Origin: Scyliorhinus canicula
Taxonomy: Eukaryota
Direction: 5' to 3'
Assembly: GCF_902713615.1 (NCBI RefSeq)
Contig: NW_024055467.1
Span: 62,001 to 126,000, forward strand
DNA length: 64,000 nucleotides
The notes below the pieces were generated by a model that did no database searches, was not told where the DNA came from, and was given only the letters and a program-made list of their open reading frames with translations. Position numbers and translations under genes: made by a program. Below are positions 1 to 10,239 of this stretch, piece after piece. Each line of letters starts with the position of its first letter. The stretch's first letter is position 1.

Positions 1-39
1 TCATCCAACCTTGTGAGACACCAGCGAGTTCACAAGTGA
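1..39 (+). CDS. 3' end of a C2H2 zinc-finger gene (partial, begins before the window)
   Basis: Frame 1 reads SSNLVRHQRVHK-stop, a terminal finger, followed by the TGCTGTTAATCA 3'UTR motif seen after other ZNFs here. Confidence 0.8.
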   Translation, partial: SSNLVRHQRVHK

Positions 40-175
40 CTGCAATGTTCCAATTCTGCAGTTATTCCTGCTGTTAATCAGATTTAGGAGTAAAACGTGT
101 TCATTATGAAACAGGGGAGTGTCTATGCTGTTGCTGATAGCCACAGTAACCAGGTTGCAGTTGGAAGACTTTGCA

Positions 176-430
176 TTTATAATAATAATAATCTTTATTG
201 TCACACGTAGGCTTACATTAACACTGCAATGAAGTTACTATGAAAATCCCCTCGTCGCCACATTCCAGCGCCTGCTTGGGTACACGGCGGGAGAATTCAG
301 AATGTCTAAATTACCTAACAGCATGTCTTTCTGGATTGTGGGAGGAAACCAGAGCACCCAGAGGAAAACAACACAGGCACAGGGAGAACTCTGCACTGAC
401 AGTGCCCAAAGCAGGGAATCGAACCTGGGC
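176..430 (-). mobile_element. SINE, HE1-like head with GTGACAATAAAGATTATT tail
   Basis: Reverse complement of the 2929-3238 copy. Confidence 0.75.
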
Positions 431-597
431 CTTTGCAGTATATAGTGCCTTTCACAACTTCAGATGTCTCTGTTCGCCTCCAAAACAGCAATGTGATAAT
501 GACCAGTGATTTTGTTTTTAGTGAGTTTGATTGCGAGTAAGCTATTAGTCAGAGAGCAGTGAGAACTCCCCCTACTGTCCTTCTAACAATGCTCGGA

Positions 598-968
598 GAT
601 TTTGTTTAATAATATTACTCCAGAATAGATAAGGGGAACCAATGGATGTGGTGCATTTGGATCTTCAGAAGACTTTTGATAAACTCCCACAGAGAAGGTT
701 AACAAACAAGATTGGGGGGGGGGGGGGGGCGGGGGAGTATAATGGCACGGATTGAGGATTCACAGAAAACAGAGAGTAGGAATAATCAGGTCATTTTCAG
801 GTTGGCAGACTGAATAGTGAGGTACGGGAAGGATCAGTACTTGGGCTCCAGCTATTCACAATCTACATCAATGATTTGGATGTGGGGACTAAATGCAATA
901 TTTCCATGTTTGCTGATGACTCAAAACTAGGTGAGAATATGCATTGTGAGGAGAGTACAAGGAGGATT
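598..968 (+). mobile_element. CR1 LINE reverse-transcriptase fragment
   Basis: Degenerate DVVHLDLQKTFDKLPH, GSVLG..LFTIYINDLD and SMFADDSKL motifs. Confidence 0.8.
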
Positions 969-1318
969 CAAGATGAGTAACGCAAACTGAACATCATGTC
1001 AAGATCTGACACAGTCACTTGATTCATCAGGACCTGAATATCATCAGCCTTTGAATGTGGAAGGAGAAATGTTTGTCTGTTCTGTCTGTGGGAAAAGATT
1101 TCAAATATCAGTGTGACTGGAAAAGCACCGAGACCCACACAACACACACCCGAGTGAGAGTGTTCCAATGAACTGACTGTGGAAAGAGCTTTTACCAGTT
1201 ACACAGCCTGAAGAAACATTACACCATTCACAGTGAGGAGAGACAGTGCACATGTTCTATGTCTGATCAAGATTGCAACTGATCATCCATCCTGGAGAGA
1301 CACAAGGACACCGGCACC

Positions 1319-1825
1319 ATGAAGAAACCTTGGAAATGTGGGGACTGTGGGAAGGGATTCAGTTACCCATCCCAGCTGGAGAGCCATCGGCGCAGTCATA
1401 CTGGGGAGAGACCGTTCACCTGCTCCATGTGTGGGAAGGGATTCACAAAGTCATCCAGCCTGGGGTCGGATCAGAGAGTTCACAGTGATGAGAGACCTTT
1501 TAAATGCTTTTACTGTGGGGATTCCTTTAAAACCTCTCCAGATCTAATTAAACACCAGCTTGTTCACACTGACAAGAGACCATTCAGTTGCTCTCATTGT
1601 GAGAAGAGATTCAGACAATCGTCTCACCTTATTCAACACCAGCAAATTCACACTGGGGAAAGGATATTCACCTGCTCCGTGTGCAGAAAACAATTCACTC
1701 AATCATCCAATCTCCAGAAACACCAACACATTCACAGTGGGGAGAAGCTGTTCACCTGCCCCGAGTGTGGGAAGGGATTCAATCGATCATCCAACCTGCT
1801 GAGACACCAGCGGGTTCATGTGTGA
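1319..1825 (+). CDS. C2H2 zinc-finger protein ZNF-A, 168 aa, 6 fingers (finger 2 has His>Asp)
   Basis: CxxC-x12-HxxxH repeats with TGERPF-type linkers. Decayed fingers lie upstream (1069-1318), and the usual splice-acceptor module is replaced by CR1, so expression is uncertain. Confidence 0.8.
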   Translation: MKKPWKCGDCGKGFSYPSQLESHRRSHTGERPFTCSMCGKGFTKSSSLGSDQRVHSDERPFKCFYCGDSFKTSPDLIKHQLVHTDKRPFSCSHCEKRFRQSSHLIQHQQIHTGERIFTCSVCRKQFTQSSNLQKHQHIHSGEKLFTCPECGKGFNRSSNLLRHQRVHV

Positions 1826-1844
1826 CTGCAGGAGTTGGGTGTTG

Positions 1845-2190
1845 GGTAACACGGTAGCCTTGTGGATAGCACAATTGCTTCACAGCTCCAGGGTCCCAGG
1901 TTCGATTCCGGCTTGGGTCACTGTCTGTGTGGAGTCTGCACGTCCTCCCCGTGTGTGTGTGAGTTTTCTCCGGGTGCTCCGGTTTCTTCCCACAGTCCAA
2001 AGATGTGCAGGTTAGGTGGATTGGCCATGATAAATTGTCCTTAGTGTCCAAAATTGCCCTTAGTGTTGGGTGGGGTTACTGGGTTATGGGGATAAGGTGG
2101 AGGTGTTGACCTTGGGTAGGGTGCTCTTTCCAAGAGCCGGTGCAGACTCGATGGGCTGAATGGCCTTCTTCTGCACTGTAAATTATATCT
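1845..2190 (+). mobile_element. HE1-type V-SINE with CR1-type tail
   Basis: tRNA-derived head with B box GGTTCGATTCC, central GTCTGTGTGGAGTCTGCACGT domain and GACTCGATGGGCTGAATGGCCT tail. Confidence 0.9.
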
Positions 2191-2269
2191 TTGATAATCA
2201 CATCCTTTGTTTATTTCTGTTCAAGTTAATAACCCCTATAAGTGGGCTGGAGTTTGATGTTGTCCACAG

Positions 2270-2420
2270 GACAGGTGATGTGCCGGGATTGCAGTATGTG
2301 GGAGTTTTTGGAGAACATTGCCATCCTGGACAATCATATCTGCGGGAGTGTCTGTAACTTGCAGAATCTGGGCTCAGGGTTATTGAGCTGGAGTCTGAGC
2401 TGCTGACATTGTGGGGCATC
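2270..2420 (+). mobile_element. CR1 ORF1 zinc-finger fragment
   Basis: Reads VMCRDCSMWE...IC...L.LRVIELESEL, typical of the CR1 ORF1 N-terminus. Confidence 0.55.
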
Positions 2421-2470
2421 AAGGGGGGGGGGGGGGGGAAGTCACCTGTACACTTCCCCAAAGTTCAGTA

Positions 2471-2639
2471 GAAAGTTGCAGTGGGTGGGGGACTCGATTT
2501 TCTGCAACATTCGACAGTTTGAAATGTGTGGGGATAAGTGAGGAATGATCAGTGAGCTCCGGCTGTCTGACAGCTCGATGTATTACTGCAGGCTCAGAGA
2601 CTCAGTGACAGGAACCAGAGGGAACCTCATACAAAAACA
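2471..2639 (+). pseudogene. Antigen-receptor (TCR alpha/delta-like) V-segment 3' fragment with 23-RSS
   Basis: GTRFSATFDSLK, then a frameshift, then MISELRLSDSSMYYCRLR. Followed by heptamer CTCAGTG (2601-2607), an exactly 23-bp spacer and nonamer ACAAAAACA (2631-2639). Confidence 0.8.
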
Positions 2640-2928
2640 CTGTTGCAGTGGGACATGATGAATGGAGCAGTGGGCTGTGGCGGAAGTTATGTGGAGTTCT
2701 AGCATTTAACAGACAATAACGTCCCGACAATGTGTCCACAGACAGCTCTCATCAGCTCTGAAGAGAGAAGTCAGATTTCATGCCCTTATATTTTTCTGCT
2801 CTATTTGATATGCCACTGATAGAGGATAACCAGAACAAATCTTACCCTTTTTATGTCCCCAGTGGAAGATTAATCAGAACCCACCCCGTCACCAAGCTCA
2901 GTCTAATTCATGACAGTGAGTGAAATAT

Positions 2929-3238
2929 GGGCAGCACGGTAGCACAGTGGTAAGCACTGTTGCTTCACAGCGCCAGGGACCCGGGTTCGATTCCAGGCTT
3001 GGTCACTGTCTGTGCGGAGTCTGCACGTTCTCCCCGTGTCGTTGTGGGTTTCCTCCGGGTGCTCCGGTTTCCTCCCACAAGTTCCGAAATACTTCCTTAC
3101 TCGGTGATTTAAACATTCTGAATTCTCCCTCAGTCTACCTGAACTGGCATCAGAGTGTGGCAACTAGGTGCTTTTCACAGTAAATTCATCGCAGTGTTAA
3201 TATAAGCCTACTTGTAACACTAATAAAGATTATTATTA
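2929..3238 (+). mobile_element. SINE, HE1-like head with Rex1/Babar-like tail
   Basis: GGGCAGCACGGTAGCACAGTGG head; tail CTTTTCACAGTAA...AAGCCTACTTGTAACACTAATAAAGATTATTATT. Confidence 0.85.
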
Positions 3239-3267
3239 AACAGGACATCTCCATCTACATTCAACAC

Positions 3268-3450
3268 AGGTTGTTTAGCATAGGGCTAAATCGCTGGCTT
3301 TGAAAGCAGACCAAGGCAGGCCAGCAGCACGGTTCAATTCCCGCAACAGCCTCCCCGAACAGGTGCCGGAATGCGGCGACTAGGGGCGTTTCACAGTAAC
3401 TTCATTTGAAGCCTACTTGTGACAATAAGCAATTTTCAATTTCAATTTTC
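3268..3450 (+). mobile_element. Short (~180 bp) tRNA-derived SINE
   Basis: Near-identical copies at 47030-47211 (-) and 49305-49480 (+); B box GGTTCAATTCC; GTGACAATAAG-(TTTCA)n tail. Confidence 0.8.
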
Positions 3451-4054
3451 AACACCTGTTCTTTGAGATGATTTATTTCAAATCAATTAAAGATCAAACT
3501 TATTCGGATCAATGAGATCGCTGTCATTATTTCATTCCAATTACTTGGTTATAACAGTGATATCGTGATTCTAATCAACATTTACAGCAACATTGCTATT
3601 GACTAATGTGTACAAATTGTCCTCCCATCAGTTCCAGCACCTCCAGGAAGGCACAATATTCCATTGCCCGTTGCAACTTGGCTTTAAGGGTTAGCCCTGA
3701 GCCTGGTGGTAGCTTCACTCATGATACCCAGTTACATGTGAGGTAGAAATGGGACGGGAATAGAAGTAAAATATTGCGGTTGCTAGAAATCTGAAATAAA
3801 AACAAAATGCTGGATAAACTCAGCAAGTCTCGCATCATTTGTTAAGAAACCGTTAACATTTGGTTGCTATGTTTCTGGTTGCAGAATGTTAACGGTGATC
3901 TGGTCCTTTGGACTTCATTTGTACGTTGGAAGACGGAGTGAGGGAAAAAGGAAGCAATATCTCAATGTCTCTGACAGCGCGTGGTGTCCATCTTTGTGCG
4001 GGGCAGAGCTCCATTAGGTCAGAGTGTTAATGGAATCGGGATCGACGTGCCCCT

Positions 4055-4214
4055 AACAAAGATGGGGAAGACGCGAGCGATGTCTGCATTTCGCCGAGGA
4101 CTTCCGGACAGCAGCGCATGCGCATTGCAGCGGGTGTGGTTTGTTGACGGAAGCGCGCGGACTATTCCCCGGATCAGATGTGAGGGGGGACGGTTAACGG
4201 TCGCCGGCGTTGCC
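4055..4214 (+). promoter_or_regulatory. CpG-rich EMC4 promoter
   Basis: ETS sites ACTTCCGG (4100-4107) and CGGAAG (4148-4153), NRF1 site GCGCATGCGC (4114-4123), Kozak context GCCATGG. Confidence 0.7.
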
Positions 4215-4294
4215 ATGGCTGCGGGGGCGGCGCTCGCCAACCGCGCGCGCTGGCATAAGTGGACCCTCGAGCTCAACCCGAGCGGCAGCAGCAG
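4215..4294 (+). CDS. EMC4: EMC4 exon 1
   Basis: MAAGAALANRARWHKWTLELNPSGSS(R); donor AG/GTGCAG. Confidence 0.85.
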
Positions 4295-4952
4295 GTGCAG
4301 AGGCCGCGCGGGGAGCCTGGGGCTCGAGTAGGTCGGGCCAGCCTGCCTCACCCGCGGGGAGGGCACCGCACACTGACCCAGGGATGTGGGCACCAACCTA
4401 AAACTTTACACCCCACGGTTTTCCAGGATCCTTTCACCCCTCACTTGGCCCCTTGGCAGAAAGCAGCTTTTCAAATCTCCTAGAAACCACTCCGACCCCA
4501 CTTGACTTATTTTCCCGGGGTCACGACCCTGAGACACCATCTTGGTTTCAGCCCCCCCACCTGATCGGGTGCCAACTGCGGTGTTGGCTGGAGGAATGAT
4601 TGCTGGTTTCTAGGGCCGGGTGCTGCACTGGCTCTCTCGACATTCAACATCGTTCACTTTCAAGCTAAAATTTAGTTCCTCCGGTGATTCGGTGTGATCG
4701 CCATTTGACAGAGGACTGGACAAGGGGATTGGCACCCTGATTGTCAGTTGACTCCAACCACTTTTGTGGCCGTCCATTACCATGGCAGTTTTGTGGATGC
4801 AGTGGTACTGTGTGCTCTTGGCTTGCTCATGGTTTAGTTCATGCTGGCAGTATTGCCACCATGGTGGGGTCCCTGATGGAGAGACTCCCTCTTTAAAGAG
4901 AGTCCTGAAAGGGTTGCTGAGGTGACCAATTTGTGTTCTCTGTTTCTCGCAG

Positions 4953-5064
4953 GAGCTGTGATAAACAGAATGGTCAGGCTGACTTCATGTGCCCAGTCGC
5001 ATATTCAGACAAACAGCTTCCAGACATCCGCGTCCAAGAAACAAACCGGATCGTGGTTGAGAAA
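4953..5064 (+). CDS. EMC4: EMC4 exon 2
   Basis: Acceptor TTTCTCGCAG; SCDKQNGQADFMCPVAYSDKQLPDIRVQETNRIVVEK; donor GTAAGT. Confidence 0.93.
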
Positions 5065-5269
5065 GTAAGTTGGATTTGAATGTGTCCTCGGTGTCCAGCT
5101 AGCCAGGCTAGGTTTGTCAACAGTGGTTAACTAGGTTGGTGAACCGCTGCACCCTATGTGCTAAAGGGACCTTTTGTGATGTTAACCGTCATCCTTATTT
5201 CCAGGCCTGGGTGTGACCTTCCCCAACCTGGCTCCCTTTACTGATGCTCTGCTTGCTTTCTGTTTTCAG

Positions 5270-5423
5270 TTCTGCTGGGACATCGCCTTGGCTCCATTGA
5301 AGCAGCTGCCCATGAATCTGTTCATTATGTACACGGCTGGCAACAACATCTCCATCTTCCCTATCATGATGGTTTGCATGATGGCCTGGAGACCCATACA
5401 GGCACTGATGTCCATGTCGGCAA
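5270..5423 (+). CDS. EMC4: EMC4 exon 3
   Basis: Acceptor TGTTTTCAG; [18 protein letters not shown]...QALMSMSA; donor GTGAGT. Confidence 0.95.
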
Positions 5424-5754
5424 GTGAGTATTGTATTGATTCTGCAGCTGCGAAACCGCTCTGAACTGGCATCATTTGAATGGGATTTAGAATAGAGTGC
5501 TGAGAGCTCAGTGAATGAGGGAGTTCGGGAAGGACGGGAAAGAGGAGCTCTTTTACTTTCCAGATTTCTTGGCCTTCAAGAAGTGGTCTTACTCTGCTAC
5601 AGGAGAAGAAGTTAGTTTGTTAGTGAGTAACTGCCAAGTGACATGGGGTTATTCTATTTCTATGGCTCAAAATACTGTAGCAACTGGTTGTAAGGTTGAT
5701 AAAATATATAAAAACAAAAGTAAAACATATTAGGGGTGGCACGGTAGGTTTATA

Positions 5755-5956
5755 CCTCCAATGTACGGATATCCCCCTGGGAGAGAGAGGGGACAGAGAC
5801 ACCAGTCACTGTACAGATATCCACCTGAGAGAGAGGGGACAGAGACACCAGTCAGTGTACAGATATCCCCCTGAGAGACACCAGTGAGTGTACAGATATC
5901 TCCCTGGGGGAGAGAGGGGACAGAGACACCAGTCACTGTACAGATATCTCCCTGAG
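5755..5956. repeat. Minisatellite, ~46-48 bp unit, ~4-5 copies, in EMC4 intron 3
   Basis: Repeated TGTACAGATATCYCCCTG(AG)nGGGACAGAGACACCAGTCA. Confidence 0.85.
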
Positions 5957-5959
5957 ATT

Positions 5960-6830
5960 TCTCTTGGTGTCCAACAATCCATTGATATCAGTTTGGAATA
6001 TAATCAGTGATTGAACATCCACAACTCATGGGGTGAGGAAATTCCACTTCAGCTCAGTCCGAACTGGCTGCCCCTGATCCTGAGGCTGTGTCTCTGTGTT
6101 CCGGATTCTGCAGCCAGAGGAAACAGTGTCTCCACATCTCCCTGTCAAACCCTATTTACAATTATATCTGCTTCAATCGGATCAACTCTCAGTCTCGGAA
6201 ACCCAAGAGAGTAAAGGCCCATTCTTCCCAATCTCTCCTCGTTGGACAATCCTGTCATCCCAGGAACCAATCTGGTGAACCTTTGTTACCCTCCCTCCTG
6301 GGCAATTCTGTAGATAAGGAGACCCAAACTGCATAAGTTTTTCCTGCTGTGTTTGACCAAAGCTGCAATTTGTACAATTGCAGAAAGATTTCCTCACTCA
6401 AACTCCAGCGAATCATAGAAACCCTATAGTGCAGAAGGAGGCCATTCGGCCCATCGAGTCTGCACCAACCATTTGAAAGGCCACCATACAGAGACCCAAT
6501 TCCCCCCCTATCCCTGTAACCCCACCTGACCTTTGGACACTTGAGGGGCAATTTAGCATGGCCAATCTACCAAACCTGTACATTTTTGGACTGTGGGAGG
6601 AACCCGGAGGAAACCCACGCAGACACTGGGTGAACGTGCAGACTCTGCACTGGCAGTCAGCCGAAGCTGTAATCAAACCCGGGTCCCTGGCGCCATCCCT
6701 CGGTGAAGGCTAACGGAATACCTGCCGTCCCAATTTCTTGCTGTATCTCCATGCTGACTGTTTGTGATTCGAGTACAAAGATCCCCCAATCCTCTGTGAA
6801 CATTTCAATCTCTCTCCTGTTCCTGATCTT
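5960..6830 (-). mobile_element. Degenerate CR1 3' region with a nested HE1 SINE (6412-6700, -)
   Basis: Antisense CR1 ORF2-end sequence interrupted by an HE1 copy. Confidence 0.65.
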
Positions 6831-6856
6831 TCTGTTTTTCCCATTCTCACTCCCAG

Positions 6857-7017
6857 TCTTTAAGGTCCTGGGGAATTCGACTCAGCACTGGCTGCAGTGT
6901 CTGCTCTACTTCATCGGCAACCTGCTGGGGTTGGCCCTGGCCGTCTACAAGTGCCAGGTGATGGGGTTGCTGCCCACACACTCCTCCGACTGGCTGGCAT
7001 TCCTCCGGCCGCCCCAG
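6857..7017 (+). CDS. EMC4: EMC4 exon 4
   Basis: Acceptor CTCCCAG; [13 protein letters not shown]...[10 protein letters not shown]; donor GTAAGA. Confidence 0.95.
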
Positions 7018-7129
7018 GTAAGATCTGAACTCGGAACGTGAGGGGAGTTAGGAAAATAGGAAGAGAAGGAGACCGTTCAGCGCTCTGGAGCCTGAGCGAC
7101 GGGTCCAACGTTCCCTGGAGTTTAGATCA

Positions 7130-7490
7130 TCCGATTGAAAGGTGTGAAATTCTGAGGAGACTCCGTAAGGTCGATGTGGAGAGGCTAAATCCCGGAGAGT
7201 CGGGGACACGGGGCCACAGTCTCGATAAGGGGGCGGCCATTTTGGACTGTGACGAGGGAGAATTTCTTCACCCAGAGGGTTTGTGAATCTTTGGAATTCT
7301 CTATCCCAGGGAATCCTGGATGTTCGGTCGTTGAGTGTGTTCAAGGCTGAGGTGGAGATATCTTTGAGAATTGTGGGGCGGGGAGGAGTGCGGGGAGAGT
7401 GGAGCTGAGGTCGATGATGAGCTGTAATCTTGTTGAATAGTGGAGCAGGCTCGCCAGGAGCTATTCCCACTCCTATTCCTGATGTTCCTC
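7130..7490 (+). mobile_element. Old CR1 3' end filling EMC4 intron 4
   Basis: CR1 ORF2-end motifs (GTRGHSL..., NFFTQR..NLWNSL) and the TTGAAT.G.GGAGCAGGCTCG tail. Confidence 0.7.
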
Positions 7491-7501
7491 TCCTTTCACA
7501 G

Positions 7502-7537
7502 AGAGTGGAGTACATGGGCGGGGGGCTGGTCCTGTGA
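7502..7537 (+). CDS. EMC4: EMC4 exon 5 (terminal)
   Basis: Acceptor CCTTTCACAG; RVEYMGGGLVL-stop, matching the vertebrate EMC4 C-terminus. Confidence 0.93.
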   Translation, partial: RVEYMGGGLVL

Positions 7538-8577
7538 TGGTCCCACTCTCCTCCCATCGCTCGGAGAGACAACGCCCGAGGATGATCGACACTGGACTGA
7601 ATCTGCTTCCTCCTGGTTAACGTCGGACCAGGCAGGCTCCAGGTAACCTGCCCTCCCATCGTTGCCCCATACACACTGACAGAAAGAGACAGACAGCTGG
7701 CCCGTGTACCTGTGACCACTGTCGGAATGGCCGGAGATGTTGGCAGCAGGGACTGTGAATTTTGTCACTGGTTATTCATTCGTTGATTCTTCAACTCCCT
7801 TTGCTGAGCCACGAATGAGGGATGTGTTGGGGCTGACGATGGGATGGGAGGCTCCTGAATCAGTCAGTCCCGGATGATCCCGGTGGCTCTTGCTCTCCAT
7901 CCCACCTGGGCCGGAAGGTCACAGGTTTGTAATCTGAGAGTCAAGCTGCTGTAATCAGGGCTGTCATTCCAGCCAGCAGAGCTGAGGGAATGCTGCTGTG
8001 TCAGTGAGATGTCAAACCGAGGCCCTCCACCCCCTCGAGTGGATGTAAAATACAAGCAGCAACAGTAGGATGGGGAGGGAAGTTATCTCCAGTGTCCCTC
8101 AAATCCTCACTGAAATTAGCTTCCTGACTGTGTGTTGCATAATGCTATGTGGGATCTTGCTGTGCACATAGCAGTCACCGTCTCCTCCCACAGAATGGCA
8201 GGGGCTACACTGCGGGAGTGACCCGTCGAAAGGAAGAGATTGTCTTCATCCTGTGCCTTTTCCGACTGGCCCAGAGCTTTCAATCAACACGGCAGCTTTT
8301 TATATTTGAAGCACAGTCACTGTTTTCACGTGCGAATCTCGGCAGGGACTGCACAGCAAGAGCCCATAAACACTCCGATTACCACCAGATACCACGTCAG
8401 GCTGTCTGAAGGATAATATTGCTGCTCGGACACCAGGCTGGGGAAAGGATTGGGCTGGGTAGTTGTTGCCGTCCTTCTCTCCATCACATTGGCCTCGGGA
8501 TCTTGTACATCCACCTGAGGGGGCACAATGTGACAGGGAACCTAGTTTATGTCCCACTGACAACAGGAGGCACGGTA

Positions 8578-8898
8578 GGGCAGCACGGTAGCACAGTGGA
8601 TAGCACTGTGGCTTCACAGCGCCAGGGTCCCACGATCGATTCCCTGCTGGGTCACTGTCTGTGCGGAGTCTGCACGTTCTCCCCGTGTCTGTGTGGGTTT
8701 CCCCCGGGTGCTCCGGTTTCCTCCCACAGTCCAAAGACGTGCAGGTTAGGTGGTTTGGCCATGATAAATTGCCCTTAGTGACCAATAAGGTGAGGAGCGG
8801 TCATTGGGTTACGGGGATAGGGTGGAAGTGAGGGCTTAAGTGGGTCGGTGCAGACTCGATGGGCCGAATGGCCTCCATCTGCACTGTATGTTCTATGT
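8578..8898 (+). mobile_element. HE1-type SINE with CR1-type tail
   Basis: Full head, central domain and tail ending TGTATGTTCTATGTT. Confidence 0.9.
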
Positions 8899-8924
8899 TA
8901 TTGAATATTTAGTGCTTGCATATC

Positions 8925-9157
8925 TGTGAGTGGGCGCACATACGTGCATGTCTGTGTATGTGTGTCTACGTTTGTATATGTGTGTGCCTATGTTTTTTTC
9001 TGTGCCTGTGTATGTGTATGCATGCGCCTGTATGTGTGTGGGTGTGCCTATGCGTGTGTGTGGGTGCATGCGCAAGTGTACCCAGCATATTGCGTGTGCG
9101 AGGGTGGCTAGGTGCGTGTGCCTACGGATGAGTACATGTGTGCCAATGGATGTGTGT
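8925..9157. repeat. Degenerate (TG)n-rich microsatellite
   Basis: Run of TGTG/TATG/TGCG units. Confidence 0.85.
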
Positions 9158-9393
9158 CTGGTCTTTCAACTGCCCTTCCCAGGTTCCAGAAGAGATTTGC
9201 TCCAAAGTCCTAATGGTCAGGGTGCACTTCTGACCCCTCCCAACTCTGAGACTGTGCCCGATACAGGAGTGAACCGAGGCCGCTGGAGGCGAATCGATAA
9301 CCTCGAGGTGAGTGGAGAAATATTCAGTCAGTGCGAGTTTGGCTCTGCTGTAAAGAAGCTGCAATGTCTTTTCAATGATCCTGTAACTGTGAA

Positions 9394-9399
9394 AATAAA
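9394..9399 (+). terminator. Candidate EMC4 polyadenylation signal
   Basis: AATAAA about 1.9 kb after the stop codon; no transcript support available. Confidence 0.35.
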
Positions 9400-10239
9400 G
9401 AATTTCAGCAAAACTAGGCCTCTGTGAAATAACAGTAAAGGAAAACGAGTCTCAGATTTCACTGACTCCACCAGCTCAAAGCTCTCCTGCTCCTTATTAA
9501 GTTACGTTTTTAACTCTGCCACAGCCTTGCCTCCTCTGTCCCAGACTTTATGCTACTGTCTCAGTGAATGGAATGACTGAGTGAATCAACACTCAGTCTT
9601 TAACGTTCTCTGTCTGCCTCTCTCTCTCTCGCTCCCTCCCTCTCATTCTCCCTGTTGTGCTGACACTCATGAATTTCAGGCTGATCACTGAGTTCCTATC
9701 GACAGTCAACAAGAACTTGATATTTATTGCACCTTCAATACAGTAAAAATCATTTAGCACTGGAGCTGCTTTCACCAGATATTCTAGTGTTCCAGATCAC
9801 CAGAATTCACTGAGTAAAATCATCTCTACTCGTGCCCATCCTGGCTGTTATGACAAATATTTTAAAGTTGCCTTCTGTTGTTACCAACCACCCTGCCAAT
9901 GGAAACAACTTCTCTCTGTTGATGAAAACCCCTCAAGCATTTCAGTCTCTCGATTAAATCTTTCCTTCACCTTCTCTGATACTGGGAGAACAATCCCGGC
10001 TTCGCAGGTCTCTTCACAGAACAGAAACCTCTCATCACTGATACTGTTCTAGTGAGGTTTCCCTGCACCCTCTCCAATTCCTTGATATCTTTCCTAAGGT
10101 GCGGTGCTCAGAATTGAACAAAATATTTCCGATGTGGATTAACCAGTGATTTAGAAAGATTCAGTATAACTTGTTTTTCCCACTCTTTTCCTCCAATAAA
10201 CCAAAGACCCAATTAGGATGTTTTAACCAAGTTGATCGA

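Larger units (their letters stand above)
4215..7537 (+). other. EMC4: EMC4 gene (ER membrane protein complex subunit 4), join(4215..4294,4953..5064,5270..5423,6857..7017,7502..7537), 180 aa
   Basis: Exons of 80+112+154+161+36 = 543 nt splice in frame across GT-AG introns. The protein has the EMC4 signatures [26 protein letters not shown] and [22 protein letters not shown]. Confidence 0.95.

Noticed and set aside
1114-1119. Shared TGA-CTG in ZNF leaders as stop-codon readthrough or selenocysteine
   Set aside because: Readthrough would meet a frameshift and another stop before the main ORF.
1779-2051. Recurrent short ORFs such as GHCLCGVCTFSP and CGRKPEHPEETH throughout the ORF track
   Set aside because: They are translations of HE1-type SINE copies, not a protein family.
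3981-4214. 116-aa ORF extending upstream of EMC4 exon 1
   Set aside because: GTG start within promoter sequence; EMC4 homology begins at ATG 4215 and ends at the donor.
8916-9427. Cys/Val-rich ORFs
   Set aside because: They arise from a (TG)n microsatellite.
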